Origin: an uncultured Anaerolineales bacterium
GTDB lineage: Bacteria; Chloroflexota; Anaerolineae; Anaerolineales; RBG-16-64-43
Length of the DNA stretch: 64,000 nucleotides
Assembly (NCBI GenBank): GCA_964521085.1
Contig: CAZFPL010000004.1
Span: 67,198 to 131,197 of the forward strand
Direction of reading: 5' to 3'
Shown: positions 57,561-64,000 of the stretch, in pieces
Position numbering within the stretch: the first letter of the stretch is position 1
Layout: each line of letters begins with the position of its first letter
Translations under genes and position numbers: made by a program
Notes under the pieces: generated by a model
What the model was told of the DNA's origin: nothing
Seen by the model: the letters and a program-made list of their open reading frames with translations, nothing else
Database searches by the model: none

Positions 57561-57941
57561 ATGTCCGATGCGTACGCCATCGATCGATTCCAGGAGGCGG
57601 TGGAGCGGTTCTGCAAACTCGAGGAGAAGCTGCGTGAGAAAATCAGCAGCGTGGACCCCAAGAAGATCGACGCCGTGCTCATCGATCTTTCGGCGGCCAT
57701 CCCGGGCCTGAGCGGCGAAGACCTGGGCCGGGCGCTGGTGTTCAAGGCCTACGCTTTCCACTGGCGCTTCCTGACGGAACTCGGCAAGAAGAGCATGTTC
57801 GAAGTGCTCGACGTCCCCGTAGATCCCAGGCTTGTGGAATCGCTCGCAGAGGCCCGGAAGGGCCGCGAACTACTGCGGACCCCCCACGACCTTAAGTGGG
57901 CCGAGGAGACGGTGCATCAGCTGGAGGAGTACATGCGCTGA
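57561..57941 (+). CDS. small all-helical protein of unknown function, fourth gene of the gasdermin operon
   Basis: GGAGGGA RBS; 12-nt gap after the gasdermin stop. 126 aa with helix-forming composition and no motif recognised. Confidence 0.6.
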   Translation: MSDAYAIDRFQEAVERFCKLEEKLREKISSVDPKKIDAVLIDLSAAIPGLSGEDLGRALVFKAYAFHWRFLTELGKKSMFEVLDVPVDPRLVESLAEARKGRELLRTPHDLKWAEETVHQLEEYMR

Positions 57942-58285
57942 GTGTCCGCTTCGGCTGCAAAGCTATCGAAGGGGTGCTTGCCACAGGCGGGGAGAGGGGG
58001 CGGGTGGATGTTTTCAAAAAGCGGAGAAAGGCAAGACAGCAAAGGCAATTAAAATGCGTTATGAAGCCGATGAGCTGATGGTGGAGATGGTATTCGGAAA
58101 TAAAAGCAGAGTAATGCGATGAGAGGGTTTTAAATGGAAAAAATTCCGTCTAATACACCTGTACGGCGATTTAGATGGAATTAAGTAAGTCTACAGGACT
58201 TAGGAACGGAAAAAGTTCCGGTTAAACGCTAGTTGGGCCGTTCGTAAATTGAGTATGGACATTAACCATCAATAGTCACCTAAAA

Positions 58286-59530
58286 ATGTTAACCGTTTTA
58301 CGCCAACGCAATTTTTCATTACTCTGGTTTGCCGGCCTTATTTCCATAACCGGCAATTGGACGCTAAACGTCGCCCTCCCTTTCTACGTCTACCAAATGA
58401 CCGGTTCAGCTCTTGCTACCGGTCTGATGTTTATGGCTCGTACCTTGCCGGGCGTATTGTTTGGCAGCGTGGCAGGCGTTTTTGTAGATCGTTGGAATCG
58501 CAAATGGACAATGGTTATTGTCAATGTGTTGGCGACCTTTCTAGTTTTGCTTTTGCTTGCCGTAAAGTCCACCCCATGGTTGTGGGTTGTATACTTGGTA
58601 GCTTTTATCGAGTCATCTATTATGCAGTTCTTTGCCCCGTCTGAAAAAGCGCTTCTTCCGCGCTTGGTGGCGGAAAAGCACCTGGTAACGGCAAATTCAC
58701 TTAGCGCATTAAACGTTAGTCTGGGTATGCTGATTGGCCCTGCTATTGGCGGGGCATTAATGGGGTTGACAGGTCTGATCAGTGTGGTGCTATTTGATAG
58801 TGCGTCTTACCTTATTGCCGGAGCAATGATAATCCTGATCTCGTGGTCACCGGATATAACCACAAAGAAGCGTGAATCCGCGAATACTTTCAGAACTATG
58901 TGGGGCATCTGGAGAGACTGGCTTGACGGGCTGAAACTGGTGAAAAAGAGCCGACCAATTAACACCGTCTTTGTCGCGGTGATAATCGCCATGTTGGGCG
59001 AGGGAATTATACAGGCTCTATTGGTCCTTTTAGTAAAGCTATTAAAGGGTGGGGCAATGGAATTCGGATGGCTGCTGACTTTTAGGGGTTTGGGTGGATT
59101 GCTCGGTGGGCTTATCTTTGGGCGCATTGGCACTTCTGTCCAGCCACATCGTATCTTCCCATGGACACTTGTAGGAATGGGATCTCTTTTTCTCGTTATA
59201 GTCAACTATCCAGTGTTTATATTGGCTTTGATAATCCTTTGTCTAGTTGGTATATTTGCAGTAGGCGCAAATGTTACTTCAACAACGATGCTCCAAAATT
59301 CCGTATCCAACAACTATCTGGGCCGCATTTTCGGCCTCTTGGGGATGGTCTCGGCCCTTATGATACTCATTGGGCAAGGATCAGCAAGCTTTTTGGCGGA
59401 CCGTTGGGGTGTAGTGGTATTGCTGAATATTGGGAGCGGACTCTATATCTTATCGGGATTGATTCCTCTTGCGATGTTGAGAAATTATTCCGGCTTAGTC
59501 AGTGATAAATCCGATTTATTGAAAACATAA
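58286..59530 (+). CDS. MFS transporter, DHA3 family (lower-GC gene)
   Basis: FSLLWFAGLISITGNWTLNVALPFYV and GVFVDRWNRK motifs; 12 TM helices. Confidence 0.8.
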   Translation: MLTVLRQRNFSLLWFAGLISITGNWTLNVALPFYVYQMTGSALATGLMFMARTLPGVLFGSVAGVFVDRWNRKWTMVIVNVLATFLVLLLLAVKSTPWLWVVYLVAFIESSIMQFFAPSEKALLPRLVAEKHLVTANSLSALNVSLGMLIGPAIGGALMGLTGLISVVLFDSASYLIAGAMIILISWSPDITTKKRESANTFRTMWGIWRDWLDGLKLVKKSRPINTVFVAVIIAMLGEGIIQALLVLLVKLLKGGAMEFGWLLTFRGLGGLLGGLIFGRIGTSVQPHRIFPWTLVGMGSLFLVIVNYPVFILALIILCLVGIFAVGANVTSTTMLQNSVSNNYLGRIFGLLGMVSALMILIGQGSASFLADRWGVVVLLNIGSGLYILSGLIPLAMLRNYSGLVSDKSDLLKT

Positions 59531-59950
59531 AACGGGCTAACAAGTGCGTGCAGCCGATCCCCGCCAAGAACTCCCTCGCTTCGTGAACACGCCACTTCCA
59601 TAAATCGGAAGTGACGTATTGCCATCCAATAACAAAACCGATGGCAACATGCTTCCCCCGCTTCGCGAGGGCAAGCGCGAGGGTAGGCTTCGGCTTTGAG
59701 TCTTCGATGGTTCCTCCCACGATGACATTTCAAGTAAAATGAACCTAGTCATATATAGTCGGCCAAACCGCCCCCGCTCCCCCCGCATAAAGCGCGGGGC
59801 GGACGCATTCAAAACTGCTCAAAGAGCAAAGGCGAGCAGTTTTGCTTCCCCCGCTTCGTAAACATCACCACTCAAAGAGCAGAACCGATTGGTGATACTT
59901 CGCAGGGGCAGGCGCGGGGACAAGCTGAACCGCCAGCCGTTGGGCGGCTG
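59531..59950. repeat. inter-cassette repeat X (shared core of about 105 nt plus inserted hairpin units)
   Basis: Core GCGAGGGCAAGCGCGAGGGTAGGCTTCGGCTTTGAGTCTTCGATGGT...CAAGTAAAATGAACCTAGT...GGCCAAACCGC. Ends with GTTGGGC at 59939-59945. Confidence 0.7.
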
Positions 59951-59953
59951 CCT

Positions 59954-60604
59954 ATGTCAATGGGTATGGAAATAATCAAACTGGATCCACTAAAAGTAAA
60001 AAAAGCATCTACTGTTTTATCGGCGTCATTTTTTGATTACCCGATGTTTACTTTCTATTTTCCTGATCCCAAGAGACGAACTCGCTACCTGTCGTGGTAC
60101 TTTCGGAATATATTGAACTGCGCACTGCGTTATGGCGAAGTCTATACAACACCTGAGATTTCAGGTGTGATTTTTATCCTCCCACCGGGTCATACGAAAA
60201 TATCGATGTGGGAATATATCCAGAGTGGTTTTTTACTGACACCATTCGTGTTGGGTTTCCGAAATTATCAGCGGTCGATGGATTGTGAGAATTTTGTGGG
60301 ATTTACCCAGGAAAAATTAATGAAAAACCAGCCGCACTATTACTTATGGGGTCTGGCGGTTGATCCCCATCAAAAGGCAAAAGGAATCGGTACGGCTCTG
60401 ATGCTTCCAGTTCTTGCGAAAGCCGATGCCAAGAAAATACCTATTTACCTGGAAACACACGATGAGAAAAATGTCCGGTATTATCAAAGACATGGTTTTA
60501 AACTCATATATACAGACAGGATTCCAAAATACGAGTTGCCCATTTGGTGTATGATGCGGGAGCCAGTCTACGATGTGTTAATGAGTTGTAGGATAGTAAA
60601 GTGA
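59954..60604 (+). CDS. GNAT family N-acetyltransferase (low-GC gene)
   Basis: LWGLAVDPHQKAKGIGTALM motif A and the YYQRHGF tail. Confidence 0.75.
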   Translation: MSMGMEIIKLDPLKVKKASTVLSASFFDYPMFTFYFPDPKRRTRYLSWYFRNILNCALRYGEVYTTPEISGVIFILPPGHTKISMWEYIQSGFLLTPFVLGFRNYQRSMDCENFVGFTQEKLMKNQPHYYLWGLAVDPHQKAKGIGTALMLPVLAKADAKKIPIYLETHDEKNVRYYQRHGFKLIYTDRIPKYELPIWCMMREPVYDVLMSCRIVK

Positions 60605-60624
60605 ATGTGAGTCAGTTATTCAAA

Positions 60625-60850
60625 CCTGCTTAACGCCCAACATGTGCGTGCAGAGGATTTGGCCCCCCCGCTACGCATTCATGTTGCCATCCAATAACAG
60701 AACCGATGGCAACATGCTTCGCGAGGGTGAACGCGAGGGCAAGCTTCGGCTTGGAGTCTTCGTTGGTATGTGCTTCGGAGGCGGAATAAGTATAATGAAC
60801 CTAGTAGTGCACAGCCGGCCAAGCGGCTGATGAGCAGGCCTTTGGGCAAT
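60625..60850. repeat. inter-cassette repeat Y
   Basis: GCTTAAC and GCCCAAC at 60628-60641. Hairpin GTTGCCATC...GATGGCAAC. Core with TATAAT at 60791-60796. GGCCAAGCGGCTGA...TTTGGGC at 60841-60847. Confidence 0.7.
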
Positions 60851-60878
60851 ATATTGGAAAATTTATATAGGACTTAAT

Positions 60879-61724
60879 ATGCAAAAGCTATGTAGCTCCA
60901 CCAATAATCGAATATTTCTCTACATAATATTTTTTATTATGATGGAAATTCCATTTTCTCAGGTTAAAGCCGATCCAATAGGAATTGAGCCTTTGGAGAT
61001 TAACATAAGAATTGTCAAGAATGGTTTTCCATATTTACATCCAACCGATCTACACTTATATTGTATATGACATAATTTTCAGGGACACGAGTATCAAAAA
61101 ACAACATCATATACCTGTATTGATGAGTGTAAATTATTCAACGATGAGAATATCTCTGGTAGTACTTGCAGTTTGGTAATTATTCCATCGACCGAAGAGA
61201 AATTTATTATTCCAAAATTCGTGAATAATGGGCTGTATTCTGGATATTCTTCCATAATTGATATTGAATCACAAACATGTGAAATTACTTCTTGGGAATT
61301 AATTGATCCAATAAAATTCAAGGACCATTATTGTGAGTATAAGGGTACTACATCAATAATAACGAATATATTCAAGAGTACATTAATGATCGCAATAATC
61401 CTTGTTATTTTTTTGGAAACATTGATAATAATAATTATTAATATTAAAAACATAGGGCAGAATAAAGTACTTGCAATTAACATAATAATTGCAGTATCCA
61501 TTGTCAATCTACTTACTTTGCCATTATTTTGGTATGCGTTTCCAAAAAAATTAAATATTATACATTTGGAACCCAAATTGTTTGTTCCAATAATTGAGAT
61601 AGTAATAATAATAATTGAGTCAATATTTTATAAAGTGTTTCTACGAGTATCATATAAAAAAGCAATTATAATTTCAGTAATAGCAAATGCCATATCATAT
61701 TTGGCTGGAGAGATAATATTCTAA
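60879..61724 (+). pseudogene. very AT-rich gene for a signal-peptide plus 4-TM protein, single in-frame TGA
   Basis: 60879-61067 and 61071-61724 are in the same frame, separated only by TGA at 61068-61070. The N-terminus has a signal peptide and the C-terminus is Ile/Leu-rich TM helices. Confidence 0.45.
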
Positions 61725-61799
61725 ATATGGATAAATAGTATTTAATTAATTGGAACAATGGGAAAATAATTTATGGGAAATCGGTAATTATCTGCGAAA

Positions 61800-61990
61800 A
61801 ATTATTAATAAATCAATGTTTACCAAACCAGCGCATGCAGCCTGCGCCCGCTAGGATCGCGCGGGCGTAGGCTTTGGCCTTCGGCTTGAAGTATTCGTTG
61901 GTATGTTCTTCGGGTAAGGACAAGTATAATGTTACTAATCCTGCAGGTCTGGTCAAACCGCTGAAGCGCAGGCTGTTGAAATCTTTTGCA
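61800..61990. repeat. inter-cassette repeat Z
   Basis: Core GCGCGGGCGTAGGCTTTGGCCTTCGGCTTGAAGTATTCGTTGGTATG...CAAGTATAATG (TATAAT at 61925-61930)...GGTCAAACCGCTGA...GTTGAAA. Confidence 0.65.
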
Positions 61991-62110
61991 AGCCCCTTGC
62001 ATGTACAATTAATAGCGGCAAGTTTCAGAAACCTAGTTTATGGCAAGTGGATATCTAGTGCGTGCAATACTATCTGCGAGATAACTCTCGCTCTATCATT
62101 TGGAGATACC

Positions 62111-63694
62111 ATGAAAACAAAAATACTCATCTGCGCACTCATTAGTTTCAGCTTGGCCGGATTACTCGGCGGTTGTGCGGTCATGCCGGCGGCCAGCGCA
62201 ACAGCCGGCCCGGCGGCCGCGCAGCCTGCCTATTGGCCGGATACCGAGTGGCGCACTTCCACTCCGGAAGCTCAGGGGATCGACTCCGCCCCGATTTTGG
62301 GCATGTTGCAGGAAATCCGGAAAAAGAATTTGAATATCCACAGCGTGTTGATCGTACACCATGGATACCTGGTGACCGAAGTGTATTTTCCGCCATACAC
62401 CCCCGAAATCAGGCATCCGATGCATTCGATTACGAAAAGCGTGACTTCGGCAATGACCGGGATTGCCATCCGGGACGGCCATATAAAAAACGTTCAACAA
62501 AAAGTGCTGGACTTCTTTCCCGAAATTGCCAAGGAAACGAAGGATAAATATCTGAAAGCATTAACCCTCGAACATCTTTTGACGATGTCCGCCGGTTTCA
62601 ACACCAACACCCTGCCGGATTTCACGGGCAGGGATGCGGCTTTCGATGCGGCTGCATACATTCTGACGCACAGCAATATTCTGTGGAAACCGGGAGAAAC
62701 GTTCTTTTACGATTCCGGCCTGCCGCATGTCGTCTCGGCCGTGATGCAGAAGACGAGCGGACGGACGCTCTCGGCGTACGCTCAGGCGGAGCTGTTCGAA
62801 CCGCTGGGCATCGCGGATTTTTCCTGGCAATCCGACCCGCAGGGCGTTACATACGGCTACTCCGGCCTGAGCCTCCGCCCGCGCGACATGATCAAATTAG
62901 GCTACCTTTATCTGCATAGCGGCGAGTGGAATGGGAAGCAGATCATTTCCCCTGAGTGGGTGCAGGCCTCCACGGCCCGGCATCTGGAAACGAAAGGGCT
63001 GATGAACGCCGCCGAAGACGACGGTTTCGGCTACTACTGGTGGTTCGATTCGTTCGGCGGTTATTCCGCGCACGGGCACGGGGGGCAATACGTATTTGTG
63101 CTGCCCAAGCTGGATATGGTCGTGGGGTTCACCGCGGGCATTCCCGATTCCGAGTTCCCGGAGCCGCACCGGCTGCTCCAGGCGTATCTCCTGCCCGCCG
63201 CGCAATCGGATCAGTCCTTGGCGGAGAATTCCAAACTCGCCGGCCGGCTCACGGCCGAGATCGCAGAGATCGAGGATCCGGAAAAACCCGTCGCCCCGCT
63301 CCCTGAAATCGCCGGACAAATCTCCGGCAAGACATTCCGCATCACCGGCGGCGCGACCGCGGGCATGCCCGCCGAGATCATGCTCACCTTCCCAGGCGGG
63401 GATACCTTCACTACGTCATGGATCGACCGGCAGGAAACGCTCACCGCCACCGGTGGTTTGAACAATGTATTCCATCTGAATAAACGCGGAGCAGCGGGAG
63501 AGATCGTGGTTGCCCTGCGGGGATACTGGAAGGATGATCACACGTTTATCGAAGAAGAAAACTTCGACCTGTTTTCCGAAATCCAGTTTTTCACCGTCAC
63601 CTACACGTTCGAAGGAAATAAAATGACCATGACGGTGGTTTCCAGCATGGGGTATTTCCCGCCGCTCCAGGCCACGGGGGAAATGATCGAATAA
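62111..63694 (+). CDS. lipoprotein, beta-lactamase-family serine hydrolase with C-terminal extra domain
   Basis: ATG at 62111 after GGAG. Lipobox LLGGC. S-x-x-K motif HSITKSV. YSGLSL and HGHGGQ motifs. Confidence 0.75.
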   Translation: MKTKILICALISFSLAGLLGGCAVMPAASATAGPAAAQPAYWPDTEWRTSTPEAQGIDSAPILGMLQEIRKKNLNIHSVLIVHHGYLVTEVYFPPYTPEIRHPMHSITKSVTSAMTGIAIRDGHIKNVQQKVLDFFPEIAKETKDKYLKALTLEHLLTMSAGFNTNTLPDFTGRDAAFDAAAYILTHSNILWKPGETFFYDSGLPHVVSAVMQKTSGRTLSAYAQAELFEPLGIADFSWQSDPQGVTYGYSGLSLRPRDMIKLGYLYLHSGEWNGKQIISPEWVQASTARHLETKGLMNAAEDDGFGYYWWFDSFGGYSAHGHGGQYVFVLPKLDMVVGFTAGIPDSEFPEPHRLLQAYLLPAAQSDQSLAENSKLAGRLTAEIAEIEDPEKPVAPLPEIAGQISGKTFRITGGATAGMPAEIMLTFPGGDTFTTSWIDRQETLTATGGLNNVFHLNKRGAAGEIVVALRGYWKDDHTFIEEENFDLFSEIQFFTVTYTFEGNKMTMTVVSSMGYFPPLQATGEMIE

Positions 63695-63699
63695 GACGG

Positions 63700-64000
63700 A
63701 ATCTCCCCCTTCGCAAGCCATTACCGCCCAAACTACGGGCGGCAATGGCTTCGGGGGACATGCCCGCTTCGCGTTCATGGTGCCATCAAAAAGCAAATGG
63801 CACCATGCTCCCCCCTTCGCGAATTCTTCGCATCGGAATTTCACCGATGCTCATCGCTCGGGGGACGAGCGCGATGGCAGGTTCACCGATGCTCATCAAT
63901 CCCCCGCTTCGTCGTCGCGCAGGTTACCAAAGTACACAGGAACCTGCGCGCTCCCCTCCTACGCAAATTCAGTTGCCCTTCAAAACCCGAAGGGCAACTT
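63700..64000. repeat. array of five different perfect hairpins joined by a conserved GCTCCCC(C)CTTCGC-type linker; continues past the window end
   Basis: Hairpins at 63715-63751, 63777-63806, 63827-63850, 63917-63949 and 63971-63999. Linkers read CCCCCTTCGC, GCCCGCTTCGC, GCTCCCCCCTTCGC, CCCCCGCTTCG, GCTCCCCTCCTACGC. Confidence 0.8.

Noticed and set aside
59531-61990. Annotating repeats X, Y and Z as bona fide attC sites or an integron.
   Set aside because: The elements are 190-420 nt long, longer than typical attC sites. The R and L box pairing I could check by eye is only partial (GCCCAA...TTGGCC at both ends of Y). No intI gene is visible. They are therefore reported as repeats plus a hypothesis, not as an integron feature.
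63700-64000. The hairpin array as a CRISPR array.
   Set aside because: The conserved part is only about 12-17 nt and is not palindromic. The variable parts are themselves perfect hairpins of unequal length. The spacing is irregular and no cas genes are present.
1-64000. tRNA, rRNA, tmRNA, transposase, integrase or cas genes.
   Set aside because: No T-arm or anticodon-arm consensus such as GGTTCGAATCC was seen. No rRNA-like conserved stretches were seen, and no ORF carried DDE, tyrosine-recombinase or Cas motifs.

Overview
High-GC bacterial chromosomal window (roughly 60-65% GC by eye, not computed). Gene content and repeat style resemble Chloroflexota/Anaerolineae-type genomes; this is inference only, since the window has no rRNA or tRNA. 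All product calls come from reading motifs in the supplied translations. No database search was run. About 55 protein genes are supportable. They include prfA-prmC, proA, proB, a GapN-like aldehyde dehydrogenase, GH26 and GH5-like hydrolases and three DHA3-type MFS exporters. There is also an ABC-F ATPase, an ABC-2 exporter preceded by a degenerate-NBD::LytTR fusion, and a TetR gene next to a PEP-utilising (rifampin-phosphotransferase-like) enzyme. A 10-kb same-strand cluster at 21.6-31.7 kb is dominated by methyltransferases. In several of its paralog pairs one copy is broken by a frameshift or an in-frame TAG. The stand-out feature is a tightly packed four-gene operon at 52.9-57.9 kb, flanked by AT-rich DNA between two MFS genes. 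It encodes a sensor-less caspase-like C14 peptidase, a TPR-CHAT protease, a bacterial gasdermin and an unknown 126-aa helical protein. This looks like a two-protease gasdermin cell-suicide/defence module. Other notable signals: (1) an attenuator-like leader (mini-ORF, terminator hairpin, first ~28 codons of the ABC-F gene) duplicated in front of an MFS exporter. (2) A co-directional array of genes with very different GC content at 58.2-63.7 kb, each followed by a copy of one repeat family (cassette-like). One of these genes is very AT-rich and carries an in-frame TGA. (3) Several intergenic repeat families: GACCATN heptamer arrays (one copy is MITE-like with a 10-bp direct duplication), CACGGAG inverted repeats, CCCCTCCCC/GGGGAGGGG hairpins, and arrays of variable hairpins joined by a conserved linker. 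No CRISPR array, rRNA, tRNA, transposase or integrase gene was recognised.
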